In this document: positions 1 through 12,525 of the stretch, one piece after another
Layout of the letters: each line of letters opens with the position of its first letter
Numbering within the stretch: position 1 is the stretch's first letter
Assembly (NCBI GenBank): GCA_040437565.1
Contig: JBDOQK010000041.1
Location: forward strand, 124,001 to 188,000
DNA: 64,000 bases
Source: Albugo candida
Taxonomy: Eukaryota
Direction: 5' to 3'
Notes under the pieces: model-generated
Seen by the model: only the letters and a program-made list of their open reading frames with translations
Told to the model about the DNA's origin: nothing
Databases searched by the model: none
Position numbers and translations under genes: made by a program

Positions 1-1049
1 GGTCATGAGGGGTGACATTGAGAAGATTGCGTATCAGATGTTTGGCTGTTTGATCAAAATCTCATTAAGGCACTTTCATCATCTGAGCGACATCGCAAAC
101 CTGCACTTGAGACGTTTGTCCAGTAAGGATGCGGAAATTCCAAGGCACCAGCACGTATTTTTCGATAAACAGCCTCGAGTCCAGTCTCATCCTCGACAAA
201 AGGTGGGAAGCCGCAAAGCCTAACATCAGAATTCGTGTTATCAAGCAATCAACTTGATATCAATCGTAGAGTACTTTACATGATGTAGACGACGACTCCA
301 AGACTCCATAAATCGACTTTGCTGTCGTATCCCTCACCCTTTAATACTTCAGGTGCTACAGGCTGCCGCGTGAGATCGCATGCTAGATAAACGCAGAGTA
401 CGCATACGCACCAACGTAATAATCAGTCCCACAGCTGGTATACGCTCTACCGCGGCCACGGGACCCTGCATCATCACCCTCTGGATCCAGTATCTTTGCA
501 ATACCAAAGTCACTGATCTTGATATCTGCGCTGTTGTGACTCGCAAGTAAAATATTCTCAGGCTTGATATCACGATGTATGATGTTACAAGAATGTAAAT
601 ATTCCAGCGCTTGTAAGACATTGGCCACAATCTGAGCTGCTTGTCGTTCGGAATAAACTCCCACACGTACAATTCGATCAAATAATTCTCCGCCAGTAAC
701 TCTGCGACAAAAGGCGAATTAACATCAATATTGAAAAAATGAGCTGTGTTGTTACCTCTCCATGACCAGCAGTAAATCATTATCGCTTTCGTAAACTTCC
801 TCCAAACTTATTATGTGAGGATGTTTGACCCGGAGAAGGACAGTGATTTCGTCCCGTAAACTATTCTTCTTCACACATAACGCTTTATTGATAACTTTGA
901 CAGCATACACTTCTTGTGTCGACTTTTTTCTACACAAGTATACCATGGAGACAGCGCCACTGAATGATCGATTAGTTTTGTTTGTGTCTCAAGTGTTCAA
1001 GTACGAACCGTCCAAGAATTTCTCCGACTTCATACAAAGAATGGAACAT
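1..1049 (-). CDS. Calcium/calmodulin-dependent (CAMK-group) Ser/Thr kinase, multi-exon, 3' end runs off the window
   Basis: Spliced ORF pieces give YEVGEILGR/GAVSMVY, YAVKVI, HRDIKPENIL, DFG, CGT..Y and LCGFPPF. The start at 1049 is tentative. Confidence 0.9.
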
Positions 1050-1800
1050 TGCCGCACTATGGACATCCGCCAAACCTTGCGTCACTAAATGATCTTCCTC
1101 CTTGCGAAAGAACGCGGAAAGTGGTGGGGCTACCAAGTTTACATGTGATCAAGAAAATGACCCAACATTCTTGAGATACACAAACCAGAAAAATGAGCGG
1201 CCATTATAAAAATCGAGCACGGGTTCTCGTCAAGATCAATTGATCTCGTTACGCTGTATGAAGTGGAACGCTTCTAGCTTGTAAAACGCAAAATTGATGG
1301 TGTCGAAGCTATCCAAGATTCTGCTTGGCACAGTAGGTAGGAAAAGCACGAATGAACTAGACATGCACACGTAGAAAAGCATAAGGTACATATTGTGCAT
1401 CCGGAAAGCTACGAGTTCATACATGCGAAAAAAAGAGCCAGTCGTGTACGTCTTTGAAGCGAAGAAAGGCAGTGATCGCTAATTCCCTAAAAGAAGCGCT
1501 TGAGTGTACACCGTATACCAGCTTCCAGGAATTTATTGTATACTTGTAGTATAGAGCGTCACGAACGGGTTTACTGTTTGTAACAGTATACTTTAAAATC
1601 GGCACGGAAATCTGACGTCTTATCATTGTCATGTACTTTACTTCAGATCAGCCGTATAACGGTTATCAAAANNNNNNNNNNNNNNNNNNNNNNNNNNNNN
1701 NNNNNNNNNNNNNNNNNNNNNNNNNNNNNNNNNNNNNNNNNNNNNNNNNNNNNNNNNNNNNNNNNNNNNNNGACGTCTTATCATTGTCATGTACTTTACT

Positions 1801-4149
1801 TCAGATCAGCCGTATAACGGTTATCAAAACAAGAAAAACGATCGAGAGTGCTAAAACACTGTACACCCAGGCTTTATGATGGAAAGGGCTCGAAAATGGA
1901 TTGTGTGTCGAAAGTGGCGCTTGCGGATTGACATCGCTGTTCTCCATGAGAAAATCACCCGCTTGAGATAGCTTTACTTGGTCGAGTTGCTGCCGTAATG
2001 CAAAGACGAGGCATGTCGGCACGATCCACTGCATGGAGATTATGAGCATGTTATATACGACATAGAATATTGGACACAGGAGATCCTACCTGAATTCCGA
2101 GGCCAGCGTACGCGCCTGTGATGCCGACTAATAGCGCAACATCTTCCGTGAAGAATGCAATGAGCACTGGAGGAATAAGTGCTGCCAGGCCATAATAATA
2201 TCTATTTCCTGATGCTCGACTTGGGGCATCTACTCCACGGTCGCCTTCCACCGCTGTAGATGTGCCAAGAGTCCGTCCTTGAAACAATGACATCAAGTTT
2301 TCACGAAGTGTAATTGCAATTAATGGAAAGTTAGCGCTTGAAGGAGACGCAGTGTGAGGAATCCAAGGTATCATACCGAAATTGAGGTTTTTCTTACCTC
2401 AGCGTAAATACGGGAAACAGATTCAAAAAATAAGCTTCGATCCTGGGTGTGTGATGGTCGAGAAAATTCAAGGTATACACGTCCTGTGGGCAGAATCATC
2501 AAACATTCGAAACGCGGATGCGAGTGAATTACATGAATCTCTTCCGGAGTGAATCGGAATGCAGCGGTTCCACACAATATAATGTACACAATGAATACAG
2601 CCTAATGAATAGAAAATGAGAATGTTGTGCGTATACGAAGATCATTTATGACCAAAAATGCGCCAAGAAGAACTTTTCGAACTTTCTTTTTATTGGCAAT
2701 TGGAGCCACAAGACCGGGTATGCTACAAATATGGTGAGAGTCATATTTGCTGGGATGAATTTTACTGCAAATGAACCTGTGATGGCACATGAATGAGTAA
2801 ATACAAACTCCCAAAAAGGTCGAAATTTCTGCAGGGTCTTCATATGCAAGTACTTGTTTGAGCGATCGACCTTGGTGTTGTATGATTCCAATTATCGCGA
2901 GCACGATCATAAGCCCAAACGATGTATGACGGATAATCGTTGTGNNNNNNNNNNNNNNNNNNNNNNNNNNNNNNNNNNNNNNNNNNNNNNNNNNNNNNNN
3001 NNNNNNNNNNNNNNNNNNNNNNNNNNNNNNNNNNNNNNNNNNNNAATTTTACTGCAAATGAACCTGTGATGGCACATGAATGAGTAAATACAAACTCCCA
3101 AAAAGGTCGAAATTTCTGCAGGGTCTTCATATGCAAGTACTTGTTTGAGCGATCGACCTTGGTGTTGTATGATTCCAATTATCGCGAGCACGATCATAAG
3201 CCCAAACGATGTATGACGGATAATCGTTGTGATTAGTTGCATCAGTTTTGTCTTTTGTACGTCACCCATTGCGAATGCGCCAAAAATTACGGCAAAGGCC
3301 ATCACAAAAATTTGATACACTTGATAACTATCCAATGATCCGTAGCAGACCCAAACGCTTTCTAGTGACGGTCGCGGGCAAATCATTTCTCGAAGTGACT
3401 TGGGAACGGCTACAGAGAAGGCCACAAATAAAATTTGCTACACCGTGATAATCATTCCGTACCCACTGCATAAATTGCCAAATCTCCATACAAGTAGATA
3501 ACAACACAAGCAGAGAAGGCATGCAGACCTCGGCGATTGAATAAGCGCTGAGCCAATTGTGCCAGTTCCGTCTATGAATATATTGCTTGAAAGGATCAAT
3601 CAAACCACGCAATACAGCCTCAATAGTACTTTATCTGATATGTCGAATATACAATTCTTCCAATCCAAGTGAGCAGACGTAGATCCTTCCTCCTACATTC
3701 GACAATTTGAGTAACTTCATAAAGCTCGTCGCATATTACTCAAAGCCACCTTTGATTCTACCAGCAAGGGAACTGCTTCATCGTGATTCAAGCCCGGAGA
3801 CTCACTTCGCTTCTCTTTCGTATGATCAGAAACTCTAAATGAAGACTTTACATTCTCCTCACTCTTTGCTTTTTCCAAAGTTTTGAGCGCATGAACACCG
3901 GCAATACATTCAACTACAAATGTCGCCGTAATGTAGCTAGTAACTGCTAATAGCGCCAGTAGTACACTGCCATACAAAAGTCCAGTCTAAGACAGTAATT
4001 CGAAACTACTATTTCCCTTCATGCTCAGACAGACCTACCTGCACGAATGAATGCGGGATCGTCAAGGCTCCAGCGCCGACAATTAGATTGAAAATAAACA
4101 CAAATCCAGTTATCGGCGAATACTCGTTCGCAACGTTACTTTGCACCAT
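1801..4149 (-). CDS. TMEM104-like amino-acid transporter family membrane protein, multi-exon, spans a gap duplication
   Basis: N-terminus MVQSNVANEYSPITGFVFIFNLIVGAGALTIP; motifs YSFMCHHSIP, NFPLIAITLRENL and LVGITGAYAG; many TM segments. Confidence 0.8.
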
Positions 4150-4231
4150 TGTATCGTTTCAATGGCATTCTTTGTTTCATAAGTTCGGTATACAGCTATA
4201 CAGAAACTCAATCGGTATACTGCGCACCTTC

Positions 4232-6642
4232 CTATCGTTTGGTCTTTTTCATCAAATTCAATGCACTTCCGTGCTTGAACCATTCAATTTGCTCTTCATT
4301 GAACGTGTGGTTCACAGGTACCTCGAAACGCTCGCCATCCTTTGGTACAACGCAAAGCTTTAGAGGCTTTCCAGGCGCAAAGTCTTTCAGACCCACAATT
4401 GACACTTTGTCAGTTCCTCGGATGCGATCGTAATCAGCTGGATTGGCAAACGTCAATGCAAGAATACCTTGCTTCTTTAAATTTGTTTCATGAATGCGTG
4501 CAAATGACTTGGTAATCACAGCACGCCCGCCGAGGTGACGAGGTTCCAAAGCCGCATGCTCGCGAGAGCTGCCTTCTCCGTAATTGTCGGCACCGATCAC
4601 AACCCATGGCACACCTTCGGCCTTGTACTGTCGAGCAACATCCGGAACTTTTCCTGTCTCACCAGTGAACTGATTGACAACTTGGTTCGTTTTACCATTT
4701 TCAGCGTTTTCTGCACCAATAAGTAAATTATTCGAAATGTTATCGAGGTGACCACGGTACTTTAGCCATGGACCCGCCATACTTATGTGATCAGTCGTGC
4801 ATTTCCCTTTTGCTTTGATCAATACCGGCATGTTTTCCAAATCGTTGCCATCCCACTCATCAAATGCAGTAAGGAGTGCAAGACGATCGCTTTTGGGATC
4901 CACCTTTAGCGGCACTGACGATCCATCTACTGGAGGTGCTTGAAACGTGTCCTCTCCACGATCAAATCCTTTGACTGGTAATTCCTTCCCAAACGGTGCT
5001 TTAAATTTAAACTCCTTCCCATTGGCGAGCTTGATGGCATCCGTTTCTGGATTGAAAGTAGTTTCACCCGCAAAAGAACAAACGGTCACAATTTCCGGTG
5101 AGGTCACAAAAGCGTGTGTCGCAGGGTTGCCGTCATTTCGTTTCGCAAAATTTCGGTTGTAAGAAGTGAAAATTGAGTTTTTTTCACACATTTTGACATC
5201 CGTTCGATTCCATTGCCCGATGCAAGGTCCACAAGCATTTGCGAGAGAGATACCACCTGCTTTTGCAAATGTATCCAGAATACCGTCCCGAGCGATTGTA
5301 GCCCGCACCTGTTCTGATCCTGGGGTAACATAGTACGGGGCTTTGAACTTCAAACCTGCTGCAAGCGCTTGTTCCGTTAGTTCAGCACATCTGCTTAAAT
5401 CTTCGTAACTCGAATTGGTACATGAGCCGATCAATCCAGCACTGAGTTTAACCGGCCAATCGTTTGTTTCGCTAGCCTCTTTCAATTCTTTGCCAGCATG
5501 ATGAGCAAGATCAGGTGTGAAAGGTCCGTTTACGAGAGGTTTCAATTGCGTCAAATCCACTTCGATGATTTGATCGTAGTGAGCGCCTTTGTCCGCTTGA
5601 AGATTTTCTGCGAAAGAATCAGCAGCCGATGCGATTCCGCTTCTGTCTGTCATTTTCAGATAATCTGCCATTCTGTGGGTATACGGGAATGTTGAGCAAG
5701 TTGCGCCGATTTCCGCACCCATGTTACAGATCGTTCCCATACCAGTGCAAGAGATTGAGTCTACACCCGGGCCAAAGTATTCCACAATCGCTCCTGTTCC
5801 TCCTTTCACAGTCAAAATGTCTGCAACTTTCAAAATTACATCTTTTGGCGACGTCCAACCAGACAATTTTCCAGTGAGTTTCACTCCAATAACTTTAGGA
5901 GCTTTCAACTCCCATGCCATTCCAGCCATCACATCAACGGCGTCAGCTCCACCGACTCCAATAGCACACATACCAAGTCCACCTGCATTTGGTGTGTGCG
6001 AATCCGTTCCGATCATAAGTCCACCGGGAAAAGCATAATTCTCCAAAATTATCTGATGAATAATTCCACTTCCGGGTCTCCAAAATCCGATTTGAAATTT
6101 AGCCGCTGCCGATGATAAAAATTCATACACCTCTTTGTTGATAATATTTGCATTCTTTAAATCGGTCGATGAGCCTTTCTCAGCAGTAATCAGATGATCA
6201 CAATGTATGGTCGTTGGAACGGCAGTTGTTGGAAGTCCGGACGAGATGAACTGAAGAACAGCCATCTGAGCCGTTGCATCTTGCATCGCCACCCGATCTG
6301 GACGAAGCTTTAGGTACGTCTGTCCCCGTATCAGTTCCTGGTTCGGGTTGTCTAAATGGCCGTAAATGATCTTCTCGGCAAGTGTCAGCGGCTTATTTAG
6401 ACTTTTGCGAACGCGATGCAAATTCTTTTCAATTTTCTCGTAAGTTTTATCAATTGTCGGGCTTCCTGGAGGGTCCAGCACAGACAGTTGGATAGAGGTT
6501 GTGCTGTTCGAAAAGCATTTCTATACAAAAGATCTATTAGGATTGGTGGGGAATTATGAGCCATTTCGACTGCTACCTTGGATTCACTTAAATGGCGAGC
6601 GTTACGAAGGACATGGACATTTTTTGAGCGAAGTGTTAACAT
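4232..6642 (-). CDS. ACO2: Mitochondrial aconitate hydratase
   Basis: 749-aa ORF with [34 protein letters not shown] and [11 protein letters not shown]. Exon 1 (6642-6588) encodes a basic presequence joined through predicted intron 6521-6587. Confidence 0.96.
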
Positions 6643-6715
6643 TATGCGTCTACTCCAAGAATCGAATTTTGAGTGAGCGGAAGAATTCAAAACGGGGGAG
6701 GATACTGCGATCTAT

Positions 6716-6724
6716 TGATTGGTT
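6716..6724 (-). promoter_or_regulatory. Putative CCAAT box upstream of aconitase
   Basis: TGATTGGTT lies about 75 nt upstream of the ATG. Similar ATTGG/CCAAT words lie upstream of the cathepsin (39253), GBP-like (48111) and DUF1279 (52796) genes. Confidence 0.35.
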
Positions 6725-6771
6725 GATATGATAAAGAGGATCTAATCGGAGCGGTTATTGGGTAAAAAGTG

Positions 6772-8289
6772 TCAGAAGCGAACTTGTTTGGATCGGAATG
6801 CTTCTTTGAGCTTCTGTATTGCTTCTTCTTGAATGAGCCATTTGTCTTGCGCTTTGTGATTTTGCCAAAAGAAAATGCTAGAATCAAAGGAAGCGATACG
6901 CCAGCGACTTTTTCGAATTTGCTGTTTTCCTTCACAAAAACCGTGATGTTTCTGCGAGAGAAATAAATAAGACCGATTGTATTCGCTATTGTATAGGACT
7001 TGCCACGCCTAAGAACGCAAGTTGAGAAACTTCACGCGATTGGAGCGATGGAATGAACCTGTGTATGTTTCCAAGCAGGAACAACGATTATGAACATCAA
7101 TGCCTCCTCTGCAGCTTCTAATAATCCAGTCATATGTGTCGCCATTCGCTCAATCAATCGAGGCAGAAAAGGTGGATTACTTTCAAAGCATCTACACGCA
7201 ATATTTAGTGTGTGAACAAATGGACTTCAAAGTGTTCACTAACCCGCTTCGTGGATAGAAATCAAAAAAACTTCCGATACTTCCAAAGCGAAAGTCTGTA
7301 TCCGGGTAAGCGCTGCAGTATTGCCGATAGCGACAATTTAGTGGAGAAGCAAAACACTCCATCTGACAATCAAAGTATTGTAACATCACATCAAAGCATT
7401 CTTCATTGAGAGAAGCGTGAAGACCTCCTCCATCCAAAGCCCTGTAGCGCAATAGAACACAAAATATAGCTTCATTTACGTTCATAACAGGTAATTTCCA
7501 AGTATGATTGCGTTTTTCTTGGATAGAGTAAAGATGTTTCAATTTGCTGTAGTGTCCCGTGCTACATTTCACAGTGATACCACTATAACAAAGTGATACT
7601 TGATCTGCTTCAATGCGAACTTTGATCTTTGTTTTTCCCGGCGCGCGGCTCGTGCATTGATGCTTATGATGGTCTTGTGCGACTTTCTCAAATATGTTCG
7701 ATAGTTCCCGGCACTTTGCTGCTGCGCGCAGATGCTCCACCCCACATTTTTGAAATTCGTCTTCTAACTCACACATAACCATAGAATCTTGCAGAGTGTT
7801 GATCTAAAGCATATCTATCCGATCATACGTATGTATGAACTCTGGAAAAGCGATGCAAACCTTTGATGTAAATAGTGAACACGTGAACTTCCACACTTCG
7901 TACACAGAATTCGGTACTGAAGCGATTCCAAGCTCTGCGGCAGCTTCCTCGATCATTGTATAAAATCGTTTGACTAAACGGTATCTTTCGACTTCGAGTA
8001 AAGCCGATTCGATCTCAATACGATTCTTGACGGTGGGATGATTAACTTGTGCCCGGACATCTCTTAACGAGATAATTGACGGTAGTATTGGATTCCAAAT
8101 GCCAGCAGTACTCCCATCCTTGCCATTCGGGGCCTCATCTATAGCGTGAAACCTTCTTTTTTTACTTGGAGCACTAATATGGCTTCTCGTTTCATCGTTT
8201 GTGCTATTTTCAGTCGTTTCTGATGTGTTGCCGCTTTTGCGAGACATTGCCGCCAAAATGGCATCAAAGACAGCATCATTGTCCGTCAT
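6772..8289 (-). CDS. PCIF1: PCIF1/CAPAM-like cap-adjacent N6-adenosine methyltransferase domain protein
   Basis: LLRY, ECFASPLN, YCSAYPDTD.FGS.GSFF, and catalytic NPPF (7167-7178) in a downstream exon. 3' exons read manually. Confidence 0.8.
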
Positions 8290-8427
8290 TTGCGCATTCA
8301 ATTAAGTCAAGCACTACTCGTTAAGGTAAACGAGGTTTTACTCAAATTAGGTTATTTAAGGGATTATTGGCTCTCGTTGGATTGCGGTTCCTTTGCCTTT
8401 TATTTTTCAATTTGTTGCTGATTTTTA

Positions 8428-8631
8428 ATGGGTCACCGAAAGTTTGAAGCTCCTCGCCACGGATCCCTTGCTTTTTTACCAAAAAAGCGCACAAAGCACC
8501 ACCAAGGTCGAATTCGCAAGTTCCCACGGGATGATTGCAACAAAGCACCTCATCTGACTGCTTTCTTGGCTCACAAAGCAGGAATGACCCATATCATGCG
8601 TGAAGTGAACCAACCTGGCTCCAAACTTCAC
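8428..8631 (+). other. RPL3: Partial RPL3 5' copy within an assembly duplication
   Basis: Identical to 9931-10134 and ends at an N gap. Confidence 0.85.
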
Positions 8632-8731
8632 NNNNNNNNNNNNNNNNNNNNNNNNNNNNNNNNNNNNNNNNNNNNNNNNNNNNNNNNNNNNNNNNNNNNN
8701 NNNNNNNNNNNNNNNNNNNNNNNNNNNNNNN

Positions 8732-8848
8732 TCCACTAAATTGTCGCTATCGGCAATACTGCAGCGCTTACCCGGATACAGACTTTCGCTTTGGAAGTCT
8801 GTATCCGGGTAAGCGCTGCAGTATTGCCGATAGCGACAATTTAGTGGA
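8732..8848. repeat. Perfect 54-bp inverted repeat with a 9-nt loop at a contig edge (fold-back)
   Basis: 8732-8785 is the reverse complement of 8795-8848. Confidence 0.9.
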
Positions 8849-10134
8849 GAAGCAAAACACTCCATCTGACAATCAAAGTATTGTAACATCACATCAAAGC
8901 ATTCTTCATTGAGAGAAGCGTGAAGACCTCCTCCATCCAAAGCCCTGTAGCGCAATAGAACACAAAATATAGCTTCATTTACGTTCATAACAGGTAATTT
9001 CCAAGTATGATTGCGTTTTTCTTGGATAGAGTAAAGATGTTTCAATTTGCTGTAGTGTCCCGTGCTACATTTCACAGTGATACCACTATAACAAAGTGAT
9101 ACTTGATCTGCTTCAATGCGAACTTTGATCTTTGTTTTTCCCGGCGCGCGGCTCGTGCATTGATGCTTATGATGGTCTTGTGCGACTTTCTCAAATATGT
9201 TCGATAGTTCCCGGCACTTTGCTGCTGCGCGCAGATGCTCCACCCCACATTTTTGAAATTCGTCTTCTAACTCACACATAACCATAGAATCTTGCAGAGT
9301 GTTGATCTAAAGCATATCTATCCGATCATACGTATGTATGAACTCTGGAAAAGCGATGCAAACCTTTGATGTAAATAGTGAACACGTGAACTTCCACACT
9401 TCGTACACAGAATTCGGTACTGAAGCGATTCCAAGCTCTGCGGCAGCTTCCTCGATCATTGTATAAAATCGTTTGACTAAACGGTATCTTTCGACTTCGA
9501 GTAAAGCCGATTCGATCTCAATACGATTCTTGACGGTGGGATGATTAACTTGTGCCCGGACATCTCTTAACGAGATAATTGACGGTAGTATTGGATTCCA
9601 AATGCCAGCAGTACTCCCATCCTTGCCATTCGGGGCCTCATCTATAGCGTGAAACCTTCTTTTTTTACTTGGAGCACTAATATGGCTTCTCGTTTCATCG
9701 TTTGTGCTATTTTCAGTCGTTTCTGATGTGTTGCCGCTTTTGCGAGACATTGCCGCCAAAATGGCATCAAAGACAGCATCATTGTCCGTCATTTGCGCAT
9801 TCAATTAAGTCAAGCACTACTCGTTAAGGTAAACGAGGTTTTACTCAAATTAGGTTATTTAAGGGATTATTGGCTCTCGTTGGATTGCGGTTCCTTTGCC
9901 TTTTATTTTTCAATTTGTTGCTGATTTTTAATGGGTCACCGAAAGTTTGAAGCTCCTCGCCACGGATCCCTTGCTTTTTTACCAAAAAAGCGCACAAAGC
10001 ACCACCAAGGTCGAATTCGCAAGTTCCCACGGGATGATTGCAACAAAGCACCTCATCTGACTGCTTTCTTGGCTCACAAAGCAGGAATGACCCATATCAT
10101 GCGTGAAGTGAACCAACCTGGCTCCAAACTTCAC
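8795..10134. repeat. Direct duplicate of 7292-8631 (5' part of the PCIF1-like gene plus RPL3 5' end), gap-flanking
   Basis: Same sequence at offset 1503, with identical ORF translations. Confidence 0.95.
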
Positions 10135-11097
10135 AAAAAAGAGATTGTGGAAGCAGTTTCGATCTTGGAAGCGCCGCCAATGGTTGTCGTTGGTGTTGTT
10201 GGATACTTGGAAACCCCACGAGGTTTGCGATCTTTGACAACAGTATGGGCAGAACATTTGAGCGAGGAAGTTAAACGTCGATTCTACAAGAATTGGTACA
10301 AATCCAAGCGAAAAGCGTTCACAAAGTACGCCAAAAAGTATGCAAATTCCTCGGATATCGAACGTGAGTTGAATCGCATCAAAAAGTACTGTCAGGTGGT
10401 TCGTGTGCTGGCGCACGATCAACCGAAAAAACTTCAATTGCGAATTAAAAAAGCTCATATAATGGAGATCCAAATTAATGGTGGTTCTGTCCCTGAAAAA
10501 GTGGATTTCGCCAAAAGCTTGTTCGAAAAACAAGTACCTGTTAGCGCGGTGTTCACTCAGGATGAATTGATCGACATTTGTGGTGCCACCAAAGGACACG
10601 GAATCGAAGGTGTTGTGACTCGTTGGGGTGTCACTCGTCTTCCTCGTAAGACACATCGCGGGCTGCGCAAAGTCGCTTGTATTGGAGCGTGGCATCCTTC
10701 TCGTGTCTCGTACACAGTGCCTCGTGCCGGTCAGCACGGATACCATCATCGTACAGAAATCAACAAGAAGATCTATCGCATTGGAGCTTCCGGTGATGCA
10801 AAATCCTGCATGACAGAGCAAGATTTGACAGAAAAGTCGATCACACCAATGGGTGGGTTTCCTCATTATGGTATCATAAACGAAGATTGGCTCATGATCA
10901 AAGGTGCTGTTGTTGGGGTAAAAAAACGTCCGATCACTTTGCGAAAAAGTTTATTGCTGCACAGCAAGCGATCAGCTCTGGAGGAAATCAAATTGAAATT
11001 CATTGACACATCCTCGAAATTTGGTCATGGACGTTTCCAAACCGCGGAAGAAAAGGCCAAATGGATGGGCCCTCTGGCTCGTCAAAATCGCGAGTAA
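9931..11097 (+). CDS. RPL3: 60S ribosomal protein L3
   Basis: [14 protein letters not shown]...[21 protein letters not shown]...[10 protein letters not shown]; intronless, 388 aa. Confidence 0.99.
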   Translation: MGHRKFEAPRHGSLAFLPKKRTKHHQGRIRKFPRDDCNKAPHLTAFLAHKAGMTHIMREVNQPGSKLHKKEIVEAVSILEAPPMVVVGVVGYLETPRGLRSLTTVWAEHLSEEVKRRFYKNWYKSKRKAFTKYAKKYANSSDIERELNRIKKYCQVVRVLAHDQPKKLQLRIKKAHIMEIQINGGSVPEKVDFAKSLFEKQVPVSAVFTQDELIDICGATKGHGIEGVVTRWGVTRLPRKTHRGLRKVACIGAWHPSRVSYTVPRAGQHGYHHRTEINKKIYRIGASGDAKSCMTEQDLTEKSITPMGGFPHYGIINEDWLMIKGAVVGVKKRPITLRKSLLLHSKRSALEEIKLKFIDTSSKFGHGRFQTAEEKAKWMGPLARQNRE

Positions 11098-12453
11098 GTA
11101 GTGGCGCTCTGACCTAAGCAACAAATGAAAAAGGGGAAGCTACGTTGTTTCTTTGTCCTACCTCTGTTGGCATGACCTATATGCTGTCCAGCTTACTTTT
11201 AATAGACCACAGGGTTCTTAGTTGCAAGTTTCGCCTCATTTATAATCTCAGGCATAAATTGATTAAACTGGTCTCTATTATGGTGGGCAAAAGAAGTCGT
11301 AGGGCATTGTTGTTGATGTCACTATCAAGCAGACAGATGTGCAAGCTAGTTCTGATGCTGGACAACAGCCGGACGCTCTGAGTGGCATCTCATACCACCG
11401 CACTTTGTGGCACCAGTAGCCTCACATTTCCTTTTATTCGCCTAGTTGATTTAAGTGTACCACTAGTGTTCACAAACAGCAAAGGCTATATAGTGCTGAA
11501 GTTTCCAATTTTGATGGTGACAATCCCCAGAGACTTCCCAATAGAGGACTAAGAAAAAGAGTGACTGGAACTGAAGGTGCCGTTCTCCGATGTTAGTCGA
11601 GTTCACTCGCTCGGTAGCAAGCCGTTCATATACTTGAGATGGTTTTTTTATCTTGTGCCTTATTTAAAAGAGTATATACCATCTCAGACTACTGCAGAAG
11701 CCCTCGTTATGCTATTGCAACTGAGAACTGTAGTCCCAACAATCATGCCCGAGCTGAAGCACCTGCAACGTGATGTGCCCTCATGCCAAATTTCAAAATA
11801 CTGTCTTGTAATGCCAGCACCGATTCAACAATACGGTCGATGAATACAGCAATAGTAGTGTCCATCTTTCATACTTGTATTACAGAAGTCATCATTTTAG
11901 TCATTTTAGTTGGGCAGCCACTATTGATGATATAAGAAATAACATACATAAACCTGAATATACTTCTCAAATGACATGTCGGAATGATCGGAACGTACTG
12001 TGATATCATACATTGCTTGGTGCAGGTTTTACCTCAGTACACTGCTGACTTTATTTCCCATTGCTAGTGGAAGGGCAATACCGTCCTGTACGTCAATGAA
12101 CTTTCATCTCTTCTATCAATCACCCACTTCAAATGAATAGCATATAATGTGTGGTCGTCGATGCGATAATAGACTCCGAATTATCACACTTTCTGTCATC
12201 CGTTCTCCTAAACTCATCGAACGGTGCCATGCATTATGTTTCCTGATTCACATTCTTAGCAGTCGACTGGTCCATTGTAGCCATTTTTTTATCGCTACGA
12301 GAACTTTGATATGTAGGATGATTCTCGCCTTTTTTTGCATCTACAATCAGATTACGGCTCAAATATGATGGACTGAACAAAACCGCATATATTGTCTAAC
12401 ATTTGCCTTGCAAAAGCTTTATATATATTATATGGCCCCAGAGGTCCAGCAAA

Positions 12454-12525
12454 TCCTCGATAGTATAGTGGCTAGTATACCTGCCTGTCACGCGGGGGAC
12501 CCGGGTTCAATTCCCGGTCGGGGAG
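12454..12525 (+). tRNA. tRNA-Asp (GTC)
   Basis: 72 nt. Acceptor stem TCCTCGA/TCGGGGA, D-arm TAGTATAGTGG, anticodon loop CTGTCAC, T-arm CCGGG-TTCAATT-CCCGG, followed by a T-rich tract. Confidence 0.95.

Noticed and set aside
8476..9285. 269-aa ORF suggesting a PCIF1 fusion protein
   Set aside because: It reads through a fold-back artefact, an N gap and the antisense strand of RPL3.
9979..10866. 295-aa ORF antisense to RPL3
   Set aside because: Shadow ORF of a conserved, codon-biased gene with no recognisable domain.
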